DNA from: a virus
Direction: 5' to 3' (one strand)
Virus record (IMG/VR): IMGVR_UViG_3300032360_000001
Span: 25,346 to 89,345 of that record
DNA: 64,000 bases
In this document: positions 54,119-62,343 of the stretch, piece by piece
Layout of the letters: the number at the start of each line of letters is the position of its first letter
Numbering within the stretch: position 1 is the first letter of the stretch
Program-made: the position numbers and the translations under genes
The notes under the pieces: generated by a model
Databases searched by the model: none
Seen by the model: the letters and a program-made list of their open reading frames with translations, nothing else
Told to the model about the DNA's origin: nothing

Positions 54119-55199
54119 TGAGTATTTCGTCCTCCGTAATTCCCATTATTCTAGCTTTGACCTCATCTATGGATGACAGCTTTTCGATTTCTTTTTTTAC
54201 GACCTTTTTCCTTTTCTCTGCTAGTTGGATAAGCTTTTCCCTGCTCTCTTCCTCTTTCCACATTTGTACCAAATTTAAGATGCTGGCATTCTGTTTGACG
54301 AGCTTACTCAGTCTGTCGCTCCTTTTGACCTTTAAATCGTTTAATAGTTTTTGCTGTCTCGTGACGCATTGGTTGTACTCAGAGCGGGCCGTATTGCTCG
54401 CCTCGACCAAGGACATTGGAACTTTCCCTCCATTTGTCACTTCTTGGTCGATTTGCATTTGAAGCATCTGAATAGTTTCTTGGATGGTGGACGATATAAC
54501 GACCTCGGTACATAGGACAATATATTGATCAACTTCTTCTTGCGTTAGGTCCGCCTTGTCATGGGTGTACCTTACGAAACTGCTCTCGAATAATTCTCTG
54601 TCTTGATCGGATTGATACGTGTTGATTTGATGGCCAAATCTATATGTATTCATATATCCAGTTACCGAGTCTAGCTCTTTTGTCTGCTGGTGGGTAACTT
54701 TGTCCTTGTCTATCTTTACATGTATGTATTTGTTTACTACTAATAGTGTTGCATAAAAAGTTTTAGGAGGCTTATAATATTCTATGGTATAATCCCTATC
54801 GGGCTCAGAATATACTTTTACGTCTGCGGTCTTTAAAAATTCAGTTACGGTTCTGAACTCTTGACTCAATGTTGTCAAACTGTCACTATCAAAAATGTTC
54901 TTTGTGAGTTCTAACGGCTTAAGTAGTGAAGCGTTGTTCTCAAGGTATTCTTTTTGGTCCACAGTTAGCTCTAGGAGCCCTTTTGCCTTATATTGGTGTG
55001 ATCCCCTTGCCTTCAGTTCTCTGCTCGCTAGAAAGGCTTTTACGGCCCTTCCCTCTTTACTTCTACCATCTACATTTTCCACGTCTGGGAACGCTATCGT
55101 CGTCAATTCCATTAGCGACGGCGGATTATCCGGCCTGCTATTCCATGCCTCCAGAATGTCCTGTTCTTGCTTCGGGGTAAGTTGGATTTCGTTACTCAT
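54111..55199 (-). CDS. Hypothetical protein, terminase small subunit candidate
   Basis: 362 aa with a C-terminal coiled coil, two genes upstream of TerL. The ORF is solid; the function is positional. Confidence 0.45.
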   Translation of the reverse strand: MSNEIQLTPKQEQDILEAWNSRPDNPPSLMELTTIAFPDVENVDGRSKEGRAVKAFLASRELKARGSHQYKAKGLLELTVDQKEYLENNASLLKPLELTKNIFDSDSLTTLSQEFRTVTEFLKTADVKVYSEPDRDYTIEYYKPPKTFYATLLVVNKYIHVKIDKDKVTHQQTKELDSVTGYMNTYRFGHQINTYQSDQDRELFESSFVRYTHDKADLTQEEVDQYIVLCTEVVISSTIQETIQMLQMQIDQEVTNGGKVPMSLVEASNTARSEYNQCVTRQQKLLNDLKVKRSDRLSKLVKQNASILNLVQMWKEEESREKLIQLAEKRKKVVKKEIEKLSSIDEVKARIMGITEDEILNG

Positions 55200-55920
55200 C
55201 AGATTCCTCAGGTTCCTGAGCGGGGGGTTGTTTTTCGGCGATTAAATTACAGTCGCTTCCGTGGTCGTAGAGAACATAGTACCCGCAACTATTAAAATAG
55301 CCGATAAGGCTTCTGAGTCTGTTTCCTTGGGTAAGCATTCCGTCAGCGTGAAGATGCTCGAAACAAACCTGCTTGAGAGAAGGATACCGCAATAAATCAA
55401 TACTAAACAGGTTCAGCATATCGTACCCCTCCGTATCTATGATTAAATGAGTTATGTCTGGTACTTCTCCCATTAATTTCTCTAAAGAAATCGTATCCAC
55501 CTCATATTGAAATAGTTCCCCCACTTGCGCGTGTGCGGCAGTGAAGTCTGGGTCAATTGATGAGAATGGAGAACCCCTGTCTTCGTTGGGGACATGAAAT
55601 GAGATCTGCTTACCACCAATTTCTATTGGAATGACCGCGGCAAACTTAAAATCACAAAATGAAAAATCCTTGTATTTTTCCCTCGCCTTTTCTAGTGCCC
55701 ATGGGTTCGCATCGACGAGCATGCATGAATCCATCTCTAATGCGTTTTCCTCTACGAAGGTAAAAACTGGATCATCACCGTCGTTTGTTCCTATCTGGAG
55801 AAGCTTGAGACCCTCAGGGCTTTCTTCTTCATGTGGCAATCTCGTTTTGAGATGCGTGCTATTTTCTTTTGTCTTACTCATGGGTTCTTCCTTTTTATCT
55901 CCTGTAGTCTTAAAGCTCAT
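55192..55920 (-). CDS. FkbM-family methyltransferase
   Basis: QIGTNDG, VDAN, IDTEGYD, FEH. Confidence 0.82.
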   Translation of the reverse strand: MSFKTTGDKKEEPMSKTKENSTHLKTRLPHEEESPEGLKLLQIGTNDGDDPVFTFVEENALEMDSCMLVDANPWALEKAREKYKDFSFCDFKFAAVIPIEIGGKQISFHVPNEDRGSPFSSIDPDFTAAHAQVGELFQYEVDTISLEKLMGEVPDITHLIIDTEGYDMLNLFSIDLLRYPSLKQVCFEHLHADGMLTQGNRLRSLIGYFNSCGYYVLYDHGSDCNLIAEKQPPAQEPEESDE

Positions 55921-56618
55921 AGTATATCTACGTCTCCTTCATATATTAGTCCTTTCGCTTTTTTTAGTATGGATTTTTTTATGTTTTTAAGTTGCTTGTA
56001 CCCCGGGGATCTATTTTTTTCAGACGTCTTATACCCCATTGCCTTTGCGACTTTCTCTTCGTCCATGTTTTGCACATATAATTTTTCATAGACAGCCCAC
56101 TCTGATGGTTTTAATATTTTCTTCATTTTTTTATGAAGTTTTACCGCAGACTTTTCAATATCTACATAGTCGGATGACATACTGAACACTTCTTGGGAAT
56201 GATTTTCTAATGATACTGGCAGCTTTGTGTCGTGTGCTCTTTTTTTACTTTTTTCCCAGTTGGCGTATAGTGGGCATGTATTACATTGTTTTTGGTATAT
56301 AGTACATAAGTCCTCACCCTCAGCAGCGGCACACTTTAAACATGGTCTGGAGAAGTTTCCATAGTTGTTTCTTATTAGGTTTTTTATTTGGTTGGAGATT
56401 ATTCTGTTTAGCCAAGGACTGAGGGGTTTTTCCGGATCATATAGGTGCCATTTTTTATATATATGGATTCTTATAATTTGAGAAACATCATCAAAATCCA
56501 TCCAACTTAGAATGGTAAGATTCCACTTACCCTTCCTTTTTTGGATTTCGGTGTTGATGTCTGAGATTACGTCCTCAAAGCGAGGACGCTTCGCTTGCGT
56601 TTTTTTCGAATTAGCCAT
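55917..56618 (-). CDS. Phage sigma factor with a Cys-rich insertion
   Basis: Region 2-like DDVSQ...YDPEK..SPW..RIISNQIKNLIR; region 4-like helix-turn-helix (EEKVAKAMGY). Confidence 0.78.
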   Translation of the reverse strand: MANSKKTQAKRPRFEDVISDINTEIQKRKGKWNLTILSWMDFDDVSQIIRIHIYKKWHLYDPEKPLSPWLNRIISNQIKNLIRNNYGNFSRPCLKCAAAEGEDLCTIYQKQCNTCPLYANWEKSKKRAHDTKLPVSLENHSQEVFSMSSDYVDIEKSAVKLHKKMKKILKPSEWAVYEKLYVQNMDEEKVAKAMGYKTSEKNRSPGYKQLKNIKKSILKKAKGLIYEGDVDIL

Positions 56619-56988
56619 CCTTAGTGTGGTCCGGTCTTAGCGTGCCTGCTTCACGCTTGAACTCTTCCATGGCTTCTTCTGCGGTCCTTTCGGGTGCTTC
56701 ATAATTTGGGTCATCTTGGGGCGCTTCTTCTTGTCGCGATGCGTCTTGAAAGATTGAGCCTAAGGTAACCTTTGGGGAAGCCTCATCACTAATAATTTCA
56801 AAATCTAATTTATTAATTTTAGGGATGGGTCCCTCAGAGGGCTTGCCGCCCTCTGCGTCGTCATCGAGTTCGAGTTCGGATGCCTGAGCGGTTGATCCTG
56901 CAAAAGGCGTACCGCACTTCATGCAGAAGTTCGGCTTCTCCGAAGTGTACGCAACCCCGTTTCCGCATTTGGTACAGTAAATTTTCAT
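56611..56988 (-). CDS. Zinc-ribbon protein
   Basis: YCTKCG...FCMKCG followed by an acidic tail. Confidence 0.8.
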   Translation of the reverse strand: MKIYCTKCGNGVAYTSEKPNFCMKCGTPFAGSTAQASELELDDDAEGGKPSEGPIPKINKLDFEIISDEASPKVTLGSIFQDASRQEEAPQDDPNYEAPERTAEEAMEEFKREAGTLRPDHTKDG

Positions 56989-57089
56989 AACTATTCAAAT
57001 TATAATAATTAGCTGGGGCAAAAAACCCCACAATATTTAAACAAATATAGAAACCGTTGGTTTTTAAAAAAGTGTAAATAATAACGAAG

Positions 57090-57185
57090 GGTTGTAGTAG
57101 ATCAATGCCAAAACTTATCCGGTTAGGAATATTGATTAACAAACCAAGTGGATCACGATTGCTGTAACCAACCTTTACGAAGGCT
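57090..57185 (+). ncRNA. Candidate structured small RNA (or 20-aa ORF) on the opposite strand
   Basis: GTGTAAATA at 57072; stems GGTTGTAGTAG/TTGCTGTAACC and ATCAATG/TATTGAT; CCTT-TACG-AAGG hairpin. Confidence 0.3.
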
Positions 57186-57193
57186 AACTGTCA

Positions 57194-57418
57194 CTATGCT
57201 AGTCCATTATCTTCACGGTGCTTTGAATTTATTCCGTAATAGTGAGCATCCTGCCAAGGACATGGCATATCCTTACCTTTCATCTTGGCCATCCATTGCT
57301 TCTTCCCCGCGTCGGGGTATCTGTTCAAGAAATGTTGAAGTTCGTCACTCGCTTCATGATCAGTCATGATAAGACTCTCACTGGTTCCGTCACCGTAGCT
57401 AAATTCTACTTTAACCAT
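57194..57418 (-). CDS. Hypothetical protein
   Basis: ATG at 57418 with a GGAGG RBS and TATAAAT upstream. Confidence 0.7.
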   Translation of the reverse strand: MVKVEFSYGDGTSESLIMTDHEASDELQHFLNRYPDAGKKQWMAKMKGKDMPCPWQDAHYYGINSKHREDNGLA

Positions 57419-57478
57419 CTTTATTCCTCCATAATTTATAGAAAGCCGCTTGAGCAACTTTCAGTTGAGAAAACCAAT

Positions 57479-58246
57479 TTATTCTGTGTTTGTATTCTTA
57501 AGTTTTTTTACTACGTATTTCACTAACTCTGATCTCATAATATCATCCTCAGTAAATTCAAATGTATGTATACCCATATCCTTACTCTCTTCATCAGAAA
57601 AAGTATTAAACATCTTCTGAAAGCCGCCGGTGGAGCGCCTTAAATCTGTCTGCATGGGGTCGGCCAACACGAAGCAGCGGCAATTCTTACCCATCCTTGT
57701 TAAGACCGTCGTTATTTCCTGCTCAGTTGAGTTTTGAGCCTCGTCCATGATGATTACCTTGTCTGGCCAGTGTAGTCCACGAGCAAAATTGATAGGAAAC
57801 ATAGAAACCCGCCCAGTTTCCTCTAGTTTTGTCACTTTAGTACCTATTAGAAGCTCATCCAGCTTATCAATGAAAGGCAAATTATAAAATCTTAATTTAT
57901 CATCCGCTGATCCGGGTAAAAATCCTAGGTGAGAGTCGGAAGATTCGACAGCAGACCTCAGATAGCAAATTTCTGAAGCAGCATGCATGTTTAAAAGCTG
58001 AAGACCGCAATAAGTGGCGAGTAAAGTCTTACTTGTGCCCGCAGGACCATCAACAAATACTATTCTAGTAGATGGATTGAGCGCAACTTTAAAGAATTCC
58101 TTTTGTTTGTCTGTCCAAGGGAATTGTCTTAATTTGATTTGCCCTTTTAGTGGATTACGAATCGGCGGAGGGCCGGGTGGTGTCATGGAGTCTTCTAATT
58201 GACCTTTTTGTTCCCCATCGACCTGTTTCAGTTTTTTACGAGGCAT
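57479..58246 (-). CDS. phoH: PhoH-family ATPase
   Basis: GPAGTSKT, LGFLPG, RG...IMDEAQN, LTRMG, DPMQTD, DIMRS. Confidence 0.93.
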   Translation of the reverse strand: MPRKKLKQVDGEQKGQLEDSMTPPGPPPIRNPLKGQIKLRQFPWTDKQKEFFKVALNPSTRIVFVDGPAGTSKTLLATYCGLQLLNMHAASEICYLRSAVESSDSHLGFLPGSADDKLRFYNLPFIDKLDELLIGTKVTKLEETGRVSMFPINFARGLHWPDKVIIMDEAQNSTEQEITTVLTRMGKNCRCFVLADPMQTDLRRSTGGFQKMFNTFSDEESKDMGIHTFEFTEDDIMRSELVKYVVKKLKNTNTE

Positions 58247-58276
58247 AGCTACTCGTAATTACACAAAATAAAAGAT

Positions 58277-58570
58277 TTATCCAGAAAGCAGATTTTTTAA
58301 GTCAGGCAACTCAACTCCCAACGCCTCCGCTTGTTCTTGGGTTATTTTCTTCTGTACTTTTTCGTATCCCTCAGGTAACCCTTTGAATTCTGCTATAATA
58401 ATTTGTTCTAATACGTTTTTTATAGTTTCGTCTTCTATATGTAAGCCGGAAGCTCCAAGGCGATTCAAATCTTGCCAAACTTGAAGAATAATATCAAGCT
58501 CTGAGACCTTTTCGCCCTGACTATTGAACAATTCTTTAGAATCATTCACATGTAATGTATAATCTTTCAT
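58277..58570 (-). CDS. Hypothetical protein
   Basis: 97 aa, translationally coupled to the upstream ORF. Confidence 0.7.
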   Translation of the reverse strand: MKDYTLHVNDSKELFNSQGEKVSELDIILQVWQDLNRLGASGLHIEDETIKNVLEQIIIAEFKGLPEGYEKVQKKITQEQAEALGVELPDLKNLLSG

Positions 58571-58776
58571 TTTTCTTCCTCCGTGTATGGTGTCATGAGT
58601 TTTAACCAGTCCCTCAAGACCCCTACGTTTCTATCTTTGAAGGTCTCTATGACGAATCCACCCTTCTCGAAGTGTTTATCTAGTGTCTCGATGAGTTTAG
58701 CTTCCTTAATGACGTCGTCTTCCGTTTTGACTTCCACAAGGAAGGCTTTATTCTTCATTACGAGATTCTTTTCCAT
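58567..58776 (-). CDS. Hypothetical protein
   Basis: 69 aa with coupled start and stop codons. Confidence 0.7.
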   Translation of the reverse strand: MEKNLVMKNKAFLVEVKTEDDVIKEAKLIETLDKHFEKGGFVIETFKDRNVGVLRDWLKLMTPYTEEEK

Positions 58777-58982
58777 TATAAATGAGGCGTTATGAGTTGG
58801 GACTGAGTTTCCGCCGCGTCTCGCTGACGAATTAACTCCTGTCTTAGCTCACTCGCTTTCCCCACAAGGAATTTTCTGTCTTCTGGGTCATCAATTTTGT
58901 TTGCTTCGCCCCAAGGGATCTGTAACAGGGTCATTAATAGCCAATTTTCTTCTTGTTTACTCATCGTTTTTTCTGTTTCCAT
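58776..58982 (-). CDS. Hypothetical protein
   Basis: 68 aa; TAATG overlap with the next gene. Confidence 0.7.
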   Translation of the reverse strand: METEKTMSKQEENWLLMTLLQIPWGEANKIDDPEDRKFLVGKASELRQELIRQRDAAETQSQLITPHL

Positions 58983-59137
58983 TTTTTAATTCTTTCTTTA
59001 ACCATTTTATCATTTTTTTACGATTTTTCAAACATTTTTTTGGCATTCTTTCGTGAAGCTCAGGCAAAATAACTAAACATATATAAAAAAGCACCAAAAT
59101 CTTAATATCGGGGTCCAAATTTGGATCATCAAGTAGG

Positions 59138-59356
59138 TTAAGTTTCTTCTTTTTCTTTTTCTTCTGTTTCTGCGCTGAGATTGATAGGTGATTCATTGTC
59201 TTCAAGCAGTTTTAATGTCGCGGAGGGTCTATATGTATACAGTAAGCGTCCTAGATCATTAATTACACCGTTGAGGATCTCATATTCTCTTTTGTCTTGA
59301 CTATTTTTTACCTGTTCCCGGTATTTCTTAATCAAACGTATGAGCAAATCTTCCAT
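59138..59356 (-). CDS. Hypothetical protein
   Basis: 72 aa downstream of the RNA genes. Confidence 0.6.
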   Translation of the reverse strand: MEDLLIRLIKKYREQVKNSQDKREYEILNGVINDLGRLLYTYRPSATLKLLEDNESPINLSAETEEKEKEET

Positions 59357-59366
59357 TTTTAAAATA

Positions 59367-59438
59367 AGACTGGGTGCCGGTTAGCTACTCCGGTCCTCCT
59401 ACTGCAGAAGGCATGCAAGCTCACACTACACCCAGCCT
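59367..59438 (-). ncRNA. Degenerate tRNA-like cloverleaf RNA
   Basis: Acceptor stem CTGGGTG/CACCCAG (extends to 10 bp), TA, D arm GTGT/GCAT, CCTTC/GGAGG with a 7-nt loop, and a CCGG/CCGG arm lacking TTC. No encoded CCA. Confidence 0.5.
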
Positions 59439-59445
59439 CTTAAAT

Positions 59446-59858
59446 TGGTGGAGGCGGTGGGAGTCGAACCCACGTCTTTAAAACCGTCAACAAGATATAC
59501 TACAAGCTTAGTCGGTGATGTACTCGTTAGGCGACCACCGACAGACTGACTAACGAGTTTTGAGCCGCCTTTTATACTAGTGCTGCACATTCCCTAGTTT
59601 TTTGCTCGCTGTCGTCGCCCTAGCCCCTTAACGAGCATCCAGAGTAGGACGTGACGGCTTATGCCGCCATTTGGAGGGCTTCCTCCTCAACGTAACCGAA
59701 CTTGGCGAGAATCTCGTCAGCCTCGGCTACAGAAAGAGCCATCTCCATGTCAATGTCATCATTGGCATATATGTTTTTGATAGATGTTTTAAGAGGCCAA
59801 CCATCATCCTCTACTTGCAATCTGGCGTAAGGAATCAAATCGAAACCAGTACGCCCCC
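59446..59858 (-). ncRNA. ssrA: tmRNA
   Basis: 5' GGGGGCGTACTGGTTTCGA; 3' GACGTGGGTTCGACTCCCACCGCCTCCACCA with a G3-U pair; tag frame 59766-59659 reads ANDD...LQMAA*. Confidence 0.95.
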
Positions 59859-60085
59859 TTGTTATATATTACAACACTATAAATGAAAAGGCCAGAAAAA
59901 ACGAAAGAGCCCGGGGGTTTTTTTGAATTGACTTTTATTTATTATTAATTATTGCTGCAAATTAATAGATTATATATTAATAGCGAGGAGATTCCCGGGG
60001 AGACTGAAGAGACCCCCCGCCCCTACGTCAGTCAAGAAAAACTTATTGACAATTTCGAGTATTAGGGGGTGGGGAGGGGGTGGCC

Positions 60086-60499
60086 CTAATCCCTGCAACG
60101 GATGTCGTTGCCCTCGTTGTCATCGTACCATCCGACAACAGCCGAACCATCAGAGTCACGCACTACCTCTTTGCCGCAGTAATACTCACGGTGGAGGGTG
60201 TTGTTTGAAAAGCTGCAAGGCTCGCCATCCATAAAGGATTTGTGCGATGGTGATTTTGCGGGTGTGGTGTAAACACGCAAGTCATCCAAGAAGTCTTGCA
60301 CTTCATCGACGTCTGCATAATGGCAGTCCTCGAATTTCACAAGGTCGCCATAACCTAGACCGTCGAAAGTCTCAAGCCAAACGCCTTGGCAAGATACGAT
60401 GTGAACCAAGCGGCAAGGCTGCCCAGTGTTTGCGTTGATGTAGATAGCCCCGATGATGAGGTTGTTAGCTTTGTTAGTTTTATCATTCATAATTTTCAT
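60086..60499 (-). CDS. Hypothetical early protein
   Basis: 137 aa; TATACT 6 nt before the ATG. Confidence 0.8.
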   Translation of the reverse strand: MKIMNDKTNKANNLIIGAIYINANTGQPCRLVHIVSCQGVWLETFDGLGYGDLVKFEDCHYADVDEVQDFLDDLRVYTTPAKSPSHKSFMDGEPCSFSNNTLHREYYCGKEVVRDSDGSAVVGWYDDNEGNDIRCRD

Positions 60500-60542
60500 G
60501 CGTTCAGTATATCACAGTAGGTGGGACATCCGTAGTCCTACC
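60500..60542 (-). promoter_or_regulatory. Palindrome plus -10 promoter, copy 1
   Basis: GGTAGGAC-TACGGAT-GTCCCACC-N8-TATACT-GAACGC-ATG. Confidence 0.8.
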
Positions 60543-60553
60543 ATTAAACTTTT

Positions 60554-60838
60554 TTATCTTTCCATGCTCTCCTCATAAGTGAGCACCCTAGTGCCTTTGC
60601 TACCTTTGTCGTCTGCGTGGTTGTGGCTCCACACCGTTTCTTTCTCTGTACCGTCTGCGCTTACGCAGCAAATCTCAATGCCGCCAGAGGTTAACCCAGC
60701 CTTGCGGCCATGATACATTAGCTCACCCGCGTCAATCAGCATCTTGTTGAGTGAGTCACGGCACACCACAAGGGAGTTGCACCTGTCGCCCAAGTACCAG
60801 AGTTCGTAGGTTCGTTTGCTTTCTTCTTTCATAATCAT
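60554..60838 (-). CDS. Hypothetical early protein
   Basis: Start reassigned to the ATG after the repeated promoter (MIMKEESKR...). Confidence 0.75.
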   Translation of the reverse strand: MIMKEESKRTYELWYLGDRCNSLVVCRDSLNKMLIDAGELMYHGRKAGLTSGGIEICCVSADGTEKETVWSHNHADDKGSKGTRVLTYEESMER

Positions 60839-60881
60839 GCGTACAGTATACCATACGAGGTGAGACATCCGCTGTCCTACC
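60839..60881 (-). promoter_or_regulatory. Palindrome plus -10 promoter, copy 2
   Basis: GGTAGGAC-AGCGGAT-GTCTCACC-N8-TATACT-GTACGC-ATG. Confidence 0.8.
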
Positions 60882-60903
60882 AAAAAGAAAAATAAAAAAA
60901 AAT

Positions 60904-60950
60904 AAGCTTGACAAAAAATCGGGGGCCCCATTTTTGGGGCAAGTAAAACT
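60904..60950. repeat. Intergenic repeat module (CTTGAC...CGGGGGCCCCATTTTT...CAAG)
   Basis: Similar to the modules at 62010, 63188 and 63976. Confidence 0.7.
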
Positions 60951-61132
60951 TACTGACACAGAACGTCGATTGCGTCAATAAGCTGGAAGCCATAGTCAAG
61001 CACAATCGCAACAAACATAATCGTCACAGCGAACTTGACCATTGGCATCATCAGTTCATCGGCAAACGCTTTGTTGAATTCGTCGTTGATGTCTTGAATT
61101 TTTCCGATAATGGGTAGGTTGTTTTTCTTCAT
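60950..61132 (-). CDS. Small membrane protein
   Basis: 60 aa with one transmembrane segment. Confidence 0.65.
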   Translation of the reverse strand: MKKNNLPIIGKIQDINDEFNKAFADELMMPMVKFAVTIMFVAIVLDYGFQLIDAIDVLCQ

Positions 61133-61201
61133 AATTTTTTTAGTTAGTTAGTATTAAAATAATTCCAATAAATATTCCGTAAAGGCAGCGCGGGTCAATG
61201 T

Positions 61202-61414
61202 TCATAGGCTGTGATTCTCTAGCCCGTACATGGTTTCGACCTTGGGAGTGCCGTCAGAGCATAGCCCGCAAGCGTTATAAAAACGCCCCTTGTCAAAGCG
61301 CGGGTTGTCCTTGGCGAACTTGGCAGCGGCCAAGATGGCGAGGTGTTGAGGTGCAACGCCCTTGTTGGCGGCGTCGATTAGTGAGGCAACAAATTCGAAA
61401 TGTTGTTTAGTCAT
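61202..61414 (-). CDS. Hypothetical protein
   Basis: MTKQHFEFVA...FAKDNPRFDKGRFYNACG; codon usage looks coding. Confidence 0.8.
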   Translation of the reverse strand: MTKQHFEFVASLIDAANKGVAPQHLAILAAAKFAKDNPRFDKGRFYNACGLCSDGTPKVETMYGLENHSL

Positions 61415-61433
61415 AATTTTTTAAGTGATAGGA

Positions 61434-61706
61434 TTAGAGTTGATTGTGAGGCAGAACGCTGTTGGCGTCAGGGCCGAGACTTTGCTCGGTCTTGGCGAAC
61501 TGTTGACGCTCTTGGATTTCACCAACGAGGGTGACGTCTAGGAACACATCTCCCACGCCGTCGAGGTCGATGTCTAGGGTGCGACCATCGGGCATGATTT
61601 TGTTCACGATGCCAGTGCGGCCAGTGAAACGCGAGAGGTGAGAGGTGACAACCACTTGCTGATTCAGCAGCAGTTGAGCTTCGGTGATGTTTTTCGTATC
61701 TTTCAT
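61434..61706 (-). CDS. Small KOW/SH3-like protein
   Basis: ATG 61706 follows TCGACT-N17-GACAAT-N7; contains VVVTSHLSRFTGRTGIV. Confidence 0.7.
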   Translation of the reverse strand: MKDTKNITEAQLLLNQQVVVTSHLSRFTGRTGIVNKIMPDGRTLDIDLDGVGDVFLDVTLVGEIQERQQFAKTEQSLGPDANSVLPHNQL

Positions 61707-61749
61707 TGTTAAAATTGTCTCATAAAATAGCCCAAAAGTCGATAAAAAC

Positions 61750-61932
61750 TTATTCACAATCCTCACAGGCAAATTCAATCTGTAAGCTCGGCGCGTTAAT
61801 GAACTCACCGCGTACCATCGCGTGGACGATGCGCGCAGCGTGGTCTTCGTCGCGAGCCTTCACGAACTCGGTGCGGGTGTCGGCCTCAGTGCTGAGGACT
61901 GTTACTTTGTAGATTGCTTCCTTAATCATCAT
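61750..61932 (-). CDS. Hypothetical early protein
   Basis: Start reassigned to the ATG after promoter copy 3. Confidence 0.75.
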   Translation of the reverse strand: MMIKEAIYKVTVLSTEADTRTEFVKARDEDHAARIVHAMVRGEFINAPSLQIEFACEDCE

Positions 61933-61975
61933 GCGTACAGTATAGCACAGAGGGTGGGACATCCGCTGACCCACC
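61933..61975 (-). promoter_or_regulatory. Palindrome plus -10 promoter, copy 3
   Basis: GGTGGGTC-AGCGGAT-GTCCCACC-N8-TATACT-GTACGC-ATG. Confidence 0.8.
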
Positions 61976-61984
61976 TAAAAAAAA

Positions 61985-62055
61985 GTATTCACAGACAATT
62001 CACAAAAATCCTTGACATTGTGAATAACTCCGGGGGCCCCATTTTTGCGTCAAGC
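61985..62055. repeat. Intergenic repeat module with DnaA-box-like 9-mers
   Basis: GTATTCACA, CAATTCACA, CTTGACAT-TGTGAATAA-CTCCGGGGGCCCCATTTTTGCGTCAAGC. Confidence 0.75.
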
Positions 62056-62060
62056 ATTAC

Positions 62061-62342
62061 TTACTCACCGCCCATGTAATACGGGTCTGCTTCAAAGTCT
62101 GCTTTGTTAGATGCTTGCGCTACGGTCAACCCATCCTCTAGGTAACTCATCAGCCCTTGCTTCTCAATGAAGTGTTCTTCTAACTCATCGAAATGAGGCC
62201 CACCCGTGCCCATGTCGTTGGCATACTGCAATGCCCGAAATAGGCTCACGGCCTCGTTAAAGGTCGCGCAAGTTTTCGCTGCGCCCATGTTTTGCTCCCA
62301 TGTGGTAGCTACTACGTTTTGCTTTTTACCGTTTTTTATCAT
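62061..62342 (-). CDS. Hypothetical protein
   Basis: ATG 62342 directly after the upstream stop. Confidence 0.7.
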   Translation of the reverse strand: MIKNGKKQNVVATTWEQNMGAAKTCATFNEAVSLFRALQYANDMGTGGPHFDELEEHFIEKQGLMSYLEDGLTVAQASNKADFEADPYYMGGE

Positions 62343-62343
62343 A

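Noticed and set aside
57090-57190. Self-cleaving ribozyme (hammerhead or twister)
   Set aside because: The conserved catalytic cores could not be matched on either strand.
58957-59205. 82-aa Lys-rich ORF
   Set aside because: It overlaps both neighbours and its N-terminus is low-complexity frame shadow; a shorter gene is possible but the start is unsupported.
59370-59435. Canonical tRNA (Cys or Leu) call
   Set aside because: No TTC T-loop, no U33 in the best fold and no CCA; kept only as tRNA-like.
17334-59886. Plus-strand ORFs overlapping structural and packaging genes and the tmRNA
   Set aside because: They lie antisense to well-supported minus-strand genes and have no recognisable motifs.
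62010-62045. Plus-strand sigma70 promoters at the TTGACA of the repeat modules
   Set aside because: The position of the -10 element is occupied by GC-rich GGCCCC.
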